Notes under the pieces: generated by a model
Told to the model about the DNA's origin: nothing
The model's input: only the letters and a program-made list of their open reading frames with translations
Databases searched by the model: none
Program-made: the position numbers and the translations under genes
Assembly (NCBI GenBank): GCA_965261595.1
Contig: CBDHDG010000006.1
Location: 544,001 to 608,000 of the forward strand
DNA length: 64,000 nt
DNA from: a bacterium
GTDB lineage: Bacteria > UBA8248 > JACPRG01 > G963555815
Reading direction: 5' to 3'
In this document: positions 1 to 13,322 of the stretch, piece by piece
How positions within the stretch are numbered: position 1 is the stretch's first letter
How the letters are laid out: each line of letters starts with the position of its first letter

Positions 1-133
1 GGGAGCGGAGTGCCCGGATGGCCGCCCAAGCCCCGGGTCGGGCGGAATCACGGGCCGCCCTGGCGAAGATCGAAGACCCCGTTGTCCGCGAGGCCCTTGC
101 GCACCTGCTGGCCCGGGCGGGAAGGGTGGAACC

Positions 134-1990
134 TTGACCTATCGGACGATTGCTTGGGTTTGCGGACTCTTCCTGTCCCTGGGGCTGACCCCGGGATGCG
201 CGGGGATCCGTTCGCTGGACGAAAACCCGGCCTGGCCCGCCGGGTCCGTTCCGGATCGCCGGCCCCTTCGCCAAGTCCAGTCCGGGAAAAAGGACGCCGG
301 CGGCGACCTGCGCGCGTCCGCGCGGGATCCCGCGCGGGATCCGGCGAAATCGCCCGATTCGAAGTCTCGGCGCTCCCCCGGCACGCCCGGGGATGATTAC
401 GCTCTGTTTATCCGGGGATACTCGGCGGACCTGGAAAGCGACCTTCCGGCGGCCGAACAGGCTTACCGGAAAGCGGTCCGCCTCGCCCCGCGCAAGGCTT
501 ACCTCCGGTACATCCTGGCCTCCGTGCTCCTGCGGCTCGGCCGGGTGGAAGACGCGACAAAAGAGGCGCGGGCGGGCGTTCGCCTGGCGCCCGGCCGGAT
601 AAGGCTCAGGCTCCTGCTGGCCGATCTCGAGACCGCTTCGGGCCGCCGAAAGAAGGCCATCGCCCAATTCCGGGCCGTCCTGAAGATGCGGCCGAACCGC
701 CAGGAGGCCCACCTGTATCTGGGGGCGCTGCTCACGGAGACGGGCGAGTACGACGAGGCCGCGCGGAACCTGAATCAGTTGTTGAAGCTGAACCGCCGGT
801 CGGCTTTCGCCCATTACTATCTGGGGCAGATCCACCTCCGGACGAAGGAATATGGGAAGGCCTTGAAGAGTCTGCGGTCCACCCTTCGCTCGTTGCCGCG
901 TTTCCGGGACGCGCTGATCAGCGTCGGAAGGGTCCTGGAGCTCCAGGCCAAGATCCCGGAGGCCGTCAAGGCGTACCGCCGGGTCCTTCACCTCGCGCCC
1001 GGGAAGAAGGCCGTCCGGGAGCGGCTGAAACAGTTGACGCACATGAAGGACGGTCTTCCGCCGCCGAAGGCCGAATTCGCGAAGTGGCTTCAGCGCTCCA
1101 CCGCCGCCCTACTCGCCCAACGGGTCGTGGGGCTCGTCCTGTTCGAGCAGCGCCGTTACGTCCGGGCGCTGGAGAAGTTTCGTCTGGTCCTTCACAGCCG
1201 CCCCCAAGACGGCAGAATCCGGCGATACATCGCGGGCATCCTCGAGAACCAAGGGCGGTTGGCCGAGGCGCACAAGGAGTTGGAGATCGTGCTTCGCGAT
1301 CATCCCAAGTCCGTGGACGGCCGGATTCAGGTGAGCCGCGTGCTCATGGAGCTCAAACGCGGGGAGGAGGCGCTGAAACCCCTCGAAGAGGTCCGGACCC
1401 TCGCCCCCAAAGACCCCCGGGCCCCGTTCATGCTGGGCCTTTTCAATGCCCGCCTGAAGAAATTCAGACCCGCCATCCCCCACTACCGCCGCGCCATCGC
1501 GCTGGCGCCGAAGAACGAACGGTATCTGTTCAACCTGGGCGTGGCCCACTATGAGCTGAAGGAATACCCCGAAGTCGCCCGGGTGATGAAGGCCGTTCTG
1601 AAGATCAATCCGCGCAATTCCAATGCCAACAACCTGTTGGGTTACATGTGGTCCGAGCAGGGCATCCGCCTGGACGAGGCCGTTGCGGCCGTGGAAAAGG
1701 CCTTGTCCCTCGAACCCGACAACGGGGCGTTCATGGATAGCCTGGGCTGGGTCTATTACAAGAAGGGATGGCTCAAAAAGGCGCTGAAGAAGCTGGAGCT
1801 GGCGACCTCTCTTCTCCCGGACGACCCGGTGATTCTGGATCATCTGGGCGATGTGTACTTTGGTCTGAAACGGTGGAAGGCGGCCAGGCGCGCCTGGCGG
1901 AGATCTCTCAAGATCGATTCCAAGAACAAAAAAGTCCGATCCAAATTCGAGCGCGTGCAAAAGGAGCTGCAACGGGCGGAACGGAGGTGA
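134..1990 (+). CDS. Tetratricopeptide-repeat protein, probable lipoprotein
   Basis: Many TPR-like helical repeats; C-terminal NxLGY...DSLGWVYY...DHLGD pattern; signal peptide ending in PGC; usual position upstream of lolB/ispE. Confidence 0.85.
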   Translation: MTYRTIAWVCGLFLSLGLTPGCAGIRSLDENPAWPAGSVPDRRPLRQVQSGKKDAGGDLRASARDPARDPAKSPDSKSRRSPGTPGDDYALFIRGYSADLESDLPAAEQAYRKAVRLAPRKAYLRYILASVLLRLGRVEDATKEARAGVRLAPGRIRLRLLLADLETASGRRKKAIAQFRAVLKMRPNRQEAHLYLGALLTETGEYDEAARNLNQLLKLNRRSAFAHYYLGQIHLRTKEYGKALKSLRSTLRSLPRFRDALISVGRVLELQAKIPEAVKAYRRVLHLAPGKKAVRERLKQLTHMKDGLPPPKAEFAKWLQRSTAALLAQRVVGLVLFEQRRYVRALEKFRLVLHSRPQDGRIRRYIAGILENQGRLAEAHKELEIVLRDHPKSVDGRIQVSRVLMELKRGEEALKPLEEVRTLAPKDPRAPFMLGLFNARLKKFRPAIPHYRRAIALAPKNERYLFNLGVAHYELKEYPEVARVMKAVLKINPRNSNANNLLGYMWSEQGIRLDEAVAAVEKALSLEPDNGAFMDSLGWVYYKKGWLKKALKKLELATSLLPDDPVILDHLGDVYFGLKRWKAARRAWRRSLKIDSKNKKVRSKFERVQKELQRAERR

Positions 1991-2796
1991 AGCCTCTCCG
2001 GATCGCGGCGGCGGGGTGGATTCTGGCCGCCGCGGCGGGCTGCGCCTCCATCGCCGTCCCTCCCCCCCCGGAAGCCGGCCGGTTTCTGAGCCGCCCCGGA
2101 TCGCTCCTGGAACGGGTTCGGCGGGCGCGAAATCGTGTGCGCGACCTGCGGGGACTGGTGGAAATCACCCTGGATTCCGAACAAGAGCGTTACGTCGGAA
2201 AGGCGGTCCTGATTCTTCAGGCCGGGGGGTCGATCCGGCTTGAGCCGCTCAACTTCTTCGGCCGCCCGCTGATCTACATCATCGCGCACAAGGGCCGTTT
2301 GCAGGCCTACCAACCCGGCGGCCGCAAGCACTTCCGCGGACCCGCCACCCCTGGGAACCTGCGTAAGTGGATCGGAATTCCGCTTTCCCCCAAGGAAGTG
2401 GTGGATGTTCTCTTGGCGGAAGTCGCGGCGCCCGGAGAAGGGGCTCAAATCCGGGCCGCGTGGGACGGCTCGGGCGGCGGCCCGGGGGCCTACCGCCTGG
2501 AAATCCTCATGAACGGGGGGGCGGCGCACCGCTGGTGGGTCGACGCCCGGACCTTCCTGCCCATCCGGTTTCAGGCGCTCGACCCCGGGGGAGAGGCCAT
2601 ATTGACCGTCCGGTACGACGCCTATCGCAAGGAAGCGGACACCCTGATCCCAACGGATGTCTCGGTCGAAGTGGGGCCGGAGAAGCGAATCCTCGAGGTC
2701 CATTACGGCCGGGTGTCAGTGAACCGGGGCCTCGCGCCGCCGGCCTTCCGCCTCCCGGTTCCAGCGAATGTCCCCGTGATCCCCATGGGCCGTTGA
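1987..2796 (+). CDS. LolB-like/DUF4292 outer-membrane lipoprotein
   Basis: GTG start overlaps upstream TGA (GTGA); lipobox AAGC; LolA/LolB-like beta-rich pattern; lies between TPR gene and ispE. Confidence 0.65.
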   Translation: MKPLRIAAAGWILAAAAGCASIAVPPPPEAGRFLSRPGSLLERVRRARNRVRDLRGLVEITLDSEQERYVGKAVLILQAGGSIRLEPLNFFGRPLIYIIAHKGRLQAYQPGGRKHFRGPATPGNLRKWIGIPLSPKEVVDVLLAEVAAPGEGAQIRAAWDGSGGGPGAYRLEILMNGGAAHRWWVDARTFLPIRFQALDPGGEAILTVRYDAYRKEADTLIPTDVSVEVGPEKRILEVHYGRVSVNRGLAPPAFRLPVPANVPVIPMGR

Positions 2797-2801
2797 CAAC
2801 G

Positions 2802-3680
2802 ATGACCCCGCGGACCCTGAAGCTTTACCCCCCGGCGAAAATCAACCTGGGCCTGGCCGTCCAGGGCAAGCGGCCGGACGGATATCACGAGGTCCGGACG
2901 GTCCTTCAAAAAGTGGACCTGCGTGACCGCGTGACCTTGACGCGCCGGCCCCGGGGGCTGCGCGTCTGGTGCTCGCATCCCGAAGTTCCCGATGGAGCGC
3001 TCAATCTCGCCCATCGTGCGGCCCGACTCTTGCTGGAGCAGAAGCGCTCCACGGCCGGATGTTCGGTATACATCGAAAAGAAGATCCCCGCCGCGGCGGG
3101 GCTGGGCGGAGGGAGCGCCGATGCGGCGGCGGTTCTGTTCGGCCTGAACACCCTGTTGGAGCTTGGCCTTTCGATGGAAGACCTGTCGGCCCTGGCGGGG
3201 GAGCTCGGGGCGGATGTTCCGTTTTTCCTGGGCGGATCGTGCGCCTTGGGTGAAGGAAAAGGGGACCGCCTGACCGAGATCACGCCCGGTCCGGTCCGTC
3301 CGGTGGTTCTGGTCAAACCACCCCTTTCGGTGTCGACCGCGTGGGCGTACGGGGCGTTGAAATCCGGGTTGACACTCCCTGCCGGCAAACCTAAGATGAG
3401 GTACGAAAAACCCGTGATCCCCCGGCTGCCGCCGGAGTGGGACACGGGGCGGAATGACTTGGAGGGGCCGGTGATTACGGCCCACCCCATCGTCGGGGAG
3501 TTGAAATCCCGGCTGTCGCAAATGGGCGCGGAGCCTGCGCTCATGAGCGGGAGCGGACCGACGGTCTTCGGATGGTTTCGTGACGCTCGGCGGGCGGAGC
3601 GGGTCGCCCGAAGCATCGCGCGCGATGGGTTCTATTCTCGCTTGACCCGGACTCTGGGAGTGGAAGACCACATGTTCTAA
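2802..3680 (+). CDS. ispE: 4-diphosphocytidyl-2-C-methyl-D-erythritol kinase
   Basis: PAKINLGL, KKIPAAAGLGGGSADAA, LGADVPFF, MSGSGPTVF motifs; start trimmed to ATG 2802. Confidence 0.95.
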   Translation: MTPRTLKLYPPAKINLGLAVQGKRPDGYHEVRTVLQKVDLRDRVTLTRRPRGLRVWCSHPEVPDGALNLAHRAARLLLEQKRSTAGCSVYIEKKIPAAAGLGGGSADAAAVLFGLNTLLELGLSMEDLSALAGELGADVPFFLGGSCALGEGKGDRLTEITPGPVRPVVLVKPPLSVSTAWAYGALKSGLTLPAGKPKMRYEKPVIPRLPPEWDTGRNDLEGPVITAHPIVGELKSRLSQMGAEPALMSGSGPTVFGWFRDARRAERVARSIARDGFYSRLTRTLGVEDHMF

Positions 3681-3728
3681 CGTATTCCGAAGGATCCCAA
3701 GGGCCCCGACAGGGGGGGTGGTGGCGAA

Positions 3729-4073
3729 ATGGAGATCACCGAGGTCCGCGTATACCCCGTTGACGAAGACAAGCTGAAGGCCTATGTCACCATCACGTTC
3801 GATCAATGTTTCGTCGTCAGAGACTTGAAGATTATCCAAGGGACCAACGGATTGTTCGTGGCCATGCCGAGTCGAAAGTGCAAGGACGGCTCGTTCAAGG
3901 ACACCGCTCACCCCCTGAACAGCGAAACCCGTCGGATGATTGAAGACCGGATCCTGGGCCGATACGAAGAGATTCTGCGCCAGCGTCAGGAGCCCCGCCA
4001 AACGGGGGCGCCGAACGAGGGCGAGGGGTCGACTGGCGAGCCGCCTCTTCCCCAACCCGAGGATACGTTCTAA
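3729..4073 (+). CDS. spoVG: SpoVG family nucleic-acid-binding protein
   Basis: MEITEVRV...[10 protein letters not shown]...[10 protein letters not shown]...DTAHPLN signature. Confidence 0.95.
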   Translation: MEITEVRVYPVDEDKLKAYVTITFDQCFVVRDLKIIQGTNGLFVAMPSRKCKDGSFKDTAHPLNSETRRMIEDRILGRYEEILRQRQEPRQTGAPNEGEGSTGEPPLPQPEDTF

Positions 4074-4094
4074 GAAAGTGGATTTGCCCCTTTT

Positions 4095-4169
4095 TGGGGC
4101 GTCGCCAAGCGGTAAGGCACTGGGTTTTGGACCCAGCATTCGGAGGTTCGAATCCTCCCGCCCCAGCCA
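4095..4169 (+). tRNA. tRNA-Gln(TTG)
   Basis: Acceptor TGGGGCG/CGCCCCA, anticodon stem CTGGG/CCCAG with loop TT-TTG-GA, GGTTCGAATCC T-arm, encoded CCA; ispE-tRNA-Gln-prs synteny. Confidence 0.97.
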
Positions 4170-4206
4170 GTGTACAGTTCTTGACCCATCGGGGACATCA
4201 GCATTG

Positions 4207-5148
<942 letters not shown>

Positions 5149-5161
5149 TGAGAGGAAGGTC

Positions 5162-5851
5162 ATGGAAGAGTTGGTGTTGAACGCCCAGCCCCGTGAAGGC
5201 CGGGGAAAAGGCCCCGCCCGCCGCGTTCGCCAAAAGGGAGGCATCCCGGCGGTGATGTACGGGGAAGGAGAGAACCTCTCCCTACTCCTCGACCCGCGGG
5301 AGATCCAGACGCTCTTGAACACAGAGGCGGGGGCCAACGCCCTCATGACCCTCAAGGTCGAGGGAGACACGGACGTCAGCCGTGTGGTCATGGTCCGGGA
5401 CCTCCAGAGCGACCCCGTCCGGGGCGCGGTCCTGCACGCCGACCTGCTTCGGATCTCCATGGATCGGGAGGTCGAGGTCGAGGTCCGCATCAACCTGGAG
5501 GGCATACCCCTCGGGGTGTCCCAGGACGACGGCTATCTCGGCCAGTTGCTCTCGACCCTGACCCTGCGCTGTCTGCCGATGGCCATCCCGGACGCCATCC
5601 ATGCCGACGTGAGCGAGCTCATGATCGGACAGGTCCTCCACGTGGGAGACCTGGAACTGCCCGAGGGCGTCACCGTCCTGGCCGAATCCGAAGAGGCGGT
5701 CGCCAGCGTGACCATCGTCACGGTCGAGGAAGAAGCCCCGGCCGAGGCGGCGGAAGGCGAAGAGGTCGAGGCGGCGGAAGGCGAGGACGAGGCGAAGGGA
5801 GAGGATTCCGAATCGGCCGGAGAGGCCAAAGAAGAGCCCGCCAAGGGTTGA
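5162..5851 (+). CDS. rplY: 50S ribosomal protein L25 / general stress protein Ctc
   Basis: RGKGPARRVR..IPAVMYG, QSDPV..LHADL, TL5-like C-terminal domain; prs-rplY-pth order. Confidence 0.95.
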   Translation: MEELVLNAQPREGRGKGPARRVRQKGGIPAVMYGEGENLSLLLDPREIQTLLNTEAGANALMTLKVEGDTDVSRVVMVRDLQSDPVRGAVLHADLLRISMDREVEVEVRINLEGIPLGVSQDDGYLGQLLSTLTLRCLPMAIPDAIHADVSELMIGQVLHVGDLELPEGVTVLAESEEAVASVTIVTVEEEAPAEAAEGEEVEAAEGEDEAKGEDSESAGEAKEEPAKG

Positions 5852-6468
5852 GGCTTTTCAAGCCCCGCCCCAGGCCGGAACCGGGTGAAATCGTTCTGGT
5901 CATCGGGCTGGGAAATCCGGGGGCCGAGTACGAAGAGACCCGCCACAACGTCGGGTTTCTCGTGGTGGATGAAATGGCCGCCCGGCTGGGCGTCGCGTTC
6001 AAGGATGCGGGCCATTGTTCGCTTGCGGATAATGGCTCTCTTTATGACCGCCGCGTCATCCTGGCCAAGCCGCGGACCTACATGAACCGTTCCGGCGGGG
6101 CGGTTCGGGGGCTGCTGAAAGCGCACGGCCTGGGGCCCGCGGACCTGCTGGTGGTCCACGATGACCTGGACATCGAGTTCGGGAAGGTCCGCCTCAAGCG
6201 CACGGGCGGAGACGGCGGGCAGCGCGGAATCCGTTCCATCATTGCCAGCCTGGGCGGAGGGGAGGGGGGGGGGGATTTTTCCCGCATCCGGGTGGGGATC
6301 GGCCGCGGGACCGAACGGGGAAACGAGGCCGATTACGTCCTGAGCCCGTTCACCCGCCATGAGCGCGAAGAGTTGAATGCGGTGATCGACACAGCCGTCG
6401 ATCTCGTTTTTGAATTGATTCGAATTTGGGACCGGAATCGGATCCCAGAGGGTCGGAAGGGAGATTAA
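5848..6468 (+). CDS. pth: Peptidyl-tRNA hydrolase
   Basis: [38 protein letters not shown]. Confidence 0.95.
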   Translation: MRLFKPRPRPEPGEIVLVIGLGNPGAEYEETRHNVGFLVVDEMAARLGVAFKDAGHCSLADNGSLYDRRVILAKPRTYMNRSGGAVRGLLKAHGLGPADLLVVHDDLDIEFGKVRLKRTGGDGGQRGIRSIIASLGGGEGGGDFSRIRVGIGRGTERGNEADYVLSPFTRHEREELNAVIDTAVDLVFELIRIWDRNRIPEGRKGD

Positions 6469-6473
6469 GCTCG

Positions 6474-8441
<1,968 letters not shown>

Positions 8442-8531
8442 CAACCGCGGGTTGCCGATCCGGCCGATGCCGACTAGATAGGGGGAAAAGCGATTGTGTT
8501 CAGAGGTGCCCCTGTGATAGGGCGCCCGCAT

Positions 8532-8609
8532 TTCTCCTTGCTCGCAGGCTTCCGGCGCTCCATTGCGGGGGCCGGTCTCGACTTGTGGGCTGCCAACCCG
8601 AGGGGAGAA
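8532..8609 (+). promoter_or_regulatory. Putative S6:S18 ribosomal leader RNA
   Basis: TTCTCCTT can pair with SD-containing GGGGAGAA; inner stems CTCGCAGG/CTTGTGGG and CCGGC/GCCGG; CCC in the loop before the SD; directly upstream of rpsF. Confidence 0.6.
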
Positions 8610-8613
8610 CCGA

Positions 8614-9153
8614 ATGACCCACTACGAAACCATACTGATCTTCCATCCCGACCTGTCCGATGAAGAGCTCGACACCCATGCCGAGGCCGTCCGGGATCGC
8701 CTGACGGCGGGCGGCGCCGAGATCAAGGACATGGAGCGTTGGGGGAAGAGACGCCTCGCGTACAACGTTCGCCGGCAGCGGTACGGCCACTACGTCCTCT
8801 ATCGCTACACCGCTCCCGCCAAGGTGATCCGGGAAACGGAGAGTCACCTGACAATCTCCGAGTTCGTGCTGAAATACCTCACCGTCCGTTGCGGGTCCGA
8901 TGAAAAGACCCCGCCCGATTTCCTGCGCGGCGAGCGCGGGCGCGCGGAGGAAGGCGAACCCGCCGACGAGGAAACGTCGCGCCGCTCTCCGGAGCGGACG
9001 CATCCGCCGTCTGAATCATCCGATTCAAAAAAGCCCCCCCCGGCGCCGAAAAAAGCCGATGAGCCGGCAGTAACGGAAGCCGAGACGCCCGCAGTGGAAG
9101 CAAAGCCGGCTACAGCGGAAGCCGAGACGCCCGACGTGAAACCCGAGGCGTAA
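8614..9153 (+). CDS. rpsF: 30S ribosomal protein S6 with long C-terminal extension
   Basis: MTHYETILIFHPDL...ERWGKRRLAYNV...GHYVLY; SD upstream of ATG 8614. Confidence 0.95.
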   Translation: MTHYETILIFHPDLSDEELDTHAEAVRDRLTAGGAEIKDMERWGKRRLAYNVRRQRYGHYVLYRYTAPAKVIRETESHLTISEFVLKYLTVRCGSDEKTPPDFLRGERGRAEEGEPADEETSRRSPERTHPPSESSDSKKPPPAPKKADEPAVTEAETPAVEAKPATAEAETPDVKPEA

Positions 9154-9186
9154 CCCCGCGCCAGAGGGTCAGGAGGAAGAGGCGAG

Positions 9187-9639
9187 ATGGCCAACTACAA
9201 CCGAGTGATCCTGTTGGGAAACCTCACCCGCGATCCGGAAGTCCGCTACACGCCCCAAGGCACGCCCGTGGCCAACTTCGGCCTCGCCATCAATCATCGG
9301 TACCGTCAAGGCGAAGAGCAGCGGGAGGAAACCTGCTTCGTGGACATCGTGGCTTTCGGGCGGCAGGCCGAACTGGTGGGCGAATACCTCTCCAAAGGGC
9401 GGTCCGCGCTGATCGAAGGGCGGCTCCAATACCGCACCTGGGAATCGCAGGACGGCGCCAAGCGGAGCAAGCACGAGGTGGTCGCCCAGAGCGTGCAATT
9501 CATGCCCCAATCGGGCCAGGGCGGCCAGGCGGGCCAAGCCGGCCAGGCGGGAGACGGCGGCCGGAGGCCCCAGGCGCAAGACCCGGATGAGGGCGAGTCC
9601 CCCCCCTCCCCTTCCGTCGATGACGACATTCCCTTTTAG
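9187..9639 (+). CDS. ssb: Single-stranded DNA-binding protein
   Basis: NRVILLGNLTRDPEVRYT, C-terminal DDDIPF. Confidence 0.97.
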   Translation: MANYNRVILLGNLTRDPEVRYTPQGTPVANFGLAINHRYRQGEEQREETCFVDIVAFGRQAELVGEYLSKGRSALIEGRLQYRTWESQDGAKRSKHEVVAQSVQFMPQSGQGGQAGQAGQAGDGGRRPQAQDPDEGESPPSPSVDDDIPF

Positions 9640-9651
9640 GAGACATTTCCT

Positions 9652-9906
9652 TTGGCACTCAGGAAACCGGTCAGAAAAAAGAAGAAACGCTACGTGCCCA
9701 AGAAGGTCTGCCGCTTCTGTGTGGACAAGGTGGAATACGTCGATTACAAGGACCTTCGGCGCATCCGGAACTTGATGACCGAGAGGGGGAAGATCATCTC
9801 TCGGAGAATTTCGGGCAACTGCGCGCGTCACCAAAGACAACTCACCACGGCCATCAAGCGGGCTCGGAACATCGCCCTGTTGCCCTTCGCCGTCGATCGG
9901 CAATGA
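9652..9906 (+). CDS. rpsR: 30S ribosomal protein S18 (Zn-binding form)
   Basis: [32 protein letters not shown]. Confidence 0.97.
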   Translation: MALRKPVRKKKKRYVPKKVCRFCVDKVEYVDYKDLRRIRNLMTERGKIISRRISGNCARHQRQLTTAIKRARNIALLPFAVDRQ

Positions 9907-9999
9907 CCGGCGGCGGAAACGCCCCGGGCAAGCCGGTTTCGGCGGTCCGGGCGCCTCTCGGCTGAGCCGGCGGGAAGCAGACTGCGCGAGGTTTCGGAC

Positions 10000-11076
10000 A
10001 TGGACATGGACACATCCCGACCAGCTGAAGACGGGGGCGCGGCTCCCCGCCCGGACGCCGCGCCCGACCTGACCGCCCACGGCGGGGACTCCCCGGAGCG
10101 GCAGGACCTTCCGAAGCCCGGGGGGATTCTCCTGTCCGACGCGGCCCGGATTCTGGGCTTGGGAAGCGCGACGTTTCTGCTCTATCTGGCCCTGGAGCGA
10201 TTGCCGCTGATGGGCGGCGTCATCGGCGTTCTCGGCGCGATCGTGGGGCTGTTCTCCCCCGCGCCCGCCATTCAGGTTTTCCTTCGCTGGGGGACGGGGG
10301 CCGGGTCGGCCGTGATCCTCGGCGTGGCCGTCGTCTTGGCCTGGGCCGAAGGCTGGGAAATCTCTCTCCAGTTCCTGGCGTCCATCGGCGTGATCAGTTG
10401 GCTGCTGGCCGCGTCCATCTCCGCCGGGCGCCCCATCGAGCGGGCCGTGGGTATCAGCATCCTGGGCGCGGCAATCGGTCTGGGGGTGTTGTATGCGGTG
10501 TTGATCGCGGGGGGAAGCGGCGACGGGCTCAGCGTCTTTCTCGGGCCGGAGGGGGAAAAGGTGCTGCGCCGGTTGCCCGGGGGCGCCACCGGAGCGCAAC
10601 AGGAGGAGGTCAGCCGTCTGCTCCGGATCATGGGACATTTGATACCCGCGTTCGCCGTCATGCAGGCGACACTGACCTCGCTGCTGAATTACATGTTGTT
10701 GCGGCATATCTGGACCCTGCGCGGGGCGGGAGGTCTCTTTCCAACGCGGGATCTGGGCCGGTGGTCGATGGCGGAGCCGGCGGTCTGGGCGCTGATCGTC
10801 AGCACCGGGTTGCTCTACTTCCTGAGGGGGACCTCGCTGGCCTGGGTGATGGGCAACGTCCTTCTGATCCTCCTCTTCGGCTATTTTTTGCAGGGGATTG
10901 CGGTGACCCATTTTCTGCTACGGAAGACGGGCGTCGTCGTGATGTATCGGATTCCGCTTTACTTTTTCGTGCTGACTTTCAGTTATGTCGTGGCCGCGCT
11001 CGGCTTGTTCGATCTGTGGTTTGACTTCCGCAGGATCCGGACCGCCGCCCCTTCCGCGGACAACGAAGACGGCTGA
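10000..11076 (+). CDS. DUF2232/YybS family membrane protein
   Basis: Multi-TM; YFLQGIAV and LGLFDLWFDFRR motifs; located between rpsR and rplI; start uncertain. Confidence 0.85.
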   Translation: MDMDTSRPAEDGGAAPRPDAAPDLTAHGGDSPERQDLPKPGGILLSDAARILGLGSATFLLYLALERLPLMGGVIGVLGAIVGLFSPAPAIQVFLRWGTGAGSAVILGVAVVLAWAEGWEISLQFLASIGVISWLLAASISAGRPIERAVGISILGAAIGLGVLYAVLIAGGSGDGLSVFLGPEGEKVLRRLPGGATGAQQEEVSRLLRIMGHLIPAFAVMQATLTSLLNYMLLRHIWTLRGAGGLFPTRDLGRWSMAEPAVWALIVSTGLLYFLRGTSLAWVMGNVLLILLFGYFLQGIAVTHFLLRKTGVVVMYRIPLYFFVLTFSYVVAALGLFDLWFDFRRIRTAAPSADNEDG

Positions 11077-11091
11077 GGAGGATGTGACAAC

Positions 11092-11691
11092 ATGAAAGTG
11101 ATCCTTCGGGAGGAGGTCGAGAACCTCGGCGATCTGGGAGACCTGGTCGAGGTGGCGAACGGTTATGGACGCAATTACCTGATCCCCCAGGGTCTGGCGG
11201 TTCAGGCCTCGACTCGCAACGTCAAGGCGATGGAGCACGAAAAACGCCTTCAGGCCCAGCGCCTCCACAAACTCAAGGGCGCGGCCGAAGAGTTCGCCGC
11301 CCGGCTGGAGAAGCTGTCCCTGCGTCTCAAGAAAAAGGTCGGAGAAGGCGACCGTTTGTACGGATCGGTGACCTCGCAGGAGATCGCCGAGGCCGTCCTG
11401 GCGGCCGGAGAGAAGGTGGACCGCCGGAAAATCCAGCTCGAGGCCCCCATCAAAGCCCTGGGGGTGTTCAAGGTGCCCGTCAAGGTCCACCCGGACGTCA
11501 CGGCCGAGCTGAGCGTCACGGTGGAGGGCGAAAAGGTCCAGGCCGACGAGACCGCCCCGGCCGATCCGGCTGAGACCTCCGCGGAGAAGGCGCCCGCGGC
11601 GGAAGCAGAAGCGGACTCCGCGGGCGAAGCCGAAGCCGGGGAAGACCCCTCGGAAACCGGCGACGCGGAGCCGGCGGAGGAGAACGAGTAG
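11092..11691 (+). CDS. rplI: 50S ribosomal protein L9 with acidic tail
   Basis: MKVILREEVENLG..V.VANGYGRNYLIPQG, LYGSVT, IKALG. Confidence 0.97.
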   Translation: MKVILREEVENLGDLGDLVEVANGYGRNYLIPQGLAVQASTRNVKAMEHEKRLQAQRLHKLKGAAEEFAARLEKLSLRLKKKVGEGDRLYGSVTSQEIAEAVLAAGEKVDRRKIQLEAPIKALGVFKVPVKVHPDVTAELSVTVEGEKVQADETAPADPAETSAEKAPAAEAEADSAGEAEAGEDPSETGDAEPAEENE

Positions 11692-11882
11692 CCGGGACCC
11701 CGGTCTGAGAGCGGAGGGGGGGCCGCCCGGAAGGCCGCCCGGATGGGAGGGCGCCCGCACCCAGCCCCCGCGCCGCTCCCGCGGTCTGTTACAATCAGTG
11801 ACCGGGCCTCCGGAAGGTCCGGGAAACCGGACCGCTTGGCCGGTTGTTGCCGCCGCGTCATACGCACGCCGAAAGACAGCTC

Positions 11883-13280
11883 ATGACACCCCCTGAAGAA
11901 GCCCTTCACAGACTTCCGCCCCAGAACATCGAGGCCGAGCAGGCCGTCCTCGGGGCCGTTCTGCTGGATAACGCCGCGATCCCCAAGGCCCTCGAAATCC
12001 TCAAAGAAAATCATTTTTACCGGGAGGCCCACCGCAAGATCTTTTCCGGGATGCGGGAGCTCTTCGAGCGCAATGAGCCCATCGATCTGTTGACCCTGAC
12101 CGACCGGCTCCGCAAGAACACCTGCCTGGAAGACGTGGGGGGGGAAGCGTACCTGGGCGCCCTGGTGGACGCGGTGCCGACCGCGGCGGGCGTCTCGCGT
12201 CACGCGGAGCTGATCAAGGAGAAGGCCATTGTCCGCGACCTCATTTCAGCGGCCACCGAGATCATTGCGCGGGGCTATGAAGAGACCGACGACGCCGAGG
12301 TTTACCTGGATCAGGCGGAACGCGTGATTTTCGAGATTTCGCAAGACCGCGTCTCGCAAAGCTTCGTCAGCATGAGCGATGTCATCAAGTCCACGTTCGG
12401 GATGATCGAGGAGCTTTACGAACGCAAGGAAATGGTGACGGGCGTCCCCACCGGTTTCCAGGATTTCGACCGGCTGACGGCCGGCCTTCAACCTTCCGAT
12501 CTGGTGATCATCGCGGGCCGGCCGAGCATGGGAAAGACCTCTTTCGCCCTGAGCATTGTCCAGAACCTGGGCGCGCGGCAAGGGGACAAGACGCCCGTCG
12601 GGATCTTCAGCTTGGAGATGTCGAAGGAGCAGTTATTGATTCGTCTCCTTTGCTCGATCGGCAGGATTGACATTCAGAAGCTGCGGACGGGCCATATGAA
12701 TTCAAAGGAATGGGTGGCCCTCACCAAAGCCGCCGGAGACCTCGAGGACGCGGAAATCTATATCGATGACAGCGCCGCGCTGACCGCCCTGGACATCCGG
12801 GCGCGCTCCAGGCGATTGAAAGCCGAGAAAGGCCTCTCCCTGATCGTCGTGGATTACCTCCAACTGATGAGAGGCCGGGCGAAGATGGAGAATCGGCAGC
12901 AGGAGATTTCAGAGATCACCCGCTCCCTGAAAGAGCTGGCCAAGGAGCTGAATGTCCCGGTCATCGCGTTGTCGCAGCTGAGCCGCCAGGTCGAGCAACG
13001 TGAAGGAAACAGACCGCAGCTCTCCGACCTTCGCGAGTCCGGCGCCATCGAGCAGGACGCCGATGTCGTGGTGTTCCTGTACAGGCCGGAGGTTTACTAT
13101 CGGGGGGACGATGAAGAGAAGCTCCTGGAAATGGAAGGAAAGGCCGAAATCATTATCGCGAAGCAGCGAAACGGCCCCATCGGCGTCGTCAAAGCCACCT
13201 TCATCAAGAACTATGCCCGGTTTGAAAGCGCCACCAGCGATGAGTATTACACACCGAGCGATGAACCCGTTCCTTTCTGA
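11883..13280 (+). CDS. dnaB: Replicative DNA helicase
   Basis: PPQNIEAEQAVLG, GRPSMGKT, FSLEMS, VDYLQLM, LSQLSR, SDLRESGAIEQDAD, KQRNGP; no intein. Confidence 0.97.
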   Translation: MTPPEEALHRLPPQNIEAEQAVLGAVLLDNAAIPKALEILKENHFYREAHRKIFSGMRELFERNEPIDLLTLTDRLRKNTCLEDVGGEAYLGALVDAVPTAAGVSRHAELIKEKAIVRDLISAATEIIARGYEETDDAEVYLDQAERVIFEISQDRVSQSFVSMSDVIKSTFGMIEELYERKEMVTGVPTGFQDFDRLTAGLQPSDLVIIAGRPSMGKTSFALSIVQNLGARQGDKTPVGIFSLEMSKEQLLIRLLCSIGRIDIQKLRTGHMNSKEWVALTKAAGDLEDAEIYIDDSAALTALDIRARSRRLKAEKGLSLIVVDYLQLMRGRAKMENRQQEISEITRSLKELAKELNVPVIALSQLSRQVEQREGNRPQLSDLRESGAIEQDADVVVFLYRPEVYYRGDDEEKLLEMEGKAEIIIAKQRNGPIGVVKATFIKNYARFESATSDEYYTPSDEPVPF

Positions 13281-13322
13281 GCGGCCTTTCGCGCCACAAA
13301 CGTTTCCGTCTCCCCCTGAGCC

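Noticed and set aside
4095..4206. tRNA-Gln as an integration site
   Set aside because: prs follows 37 bp later, and no duplicated tRNA 3' end or integrase was seen in the window.
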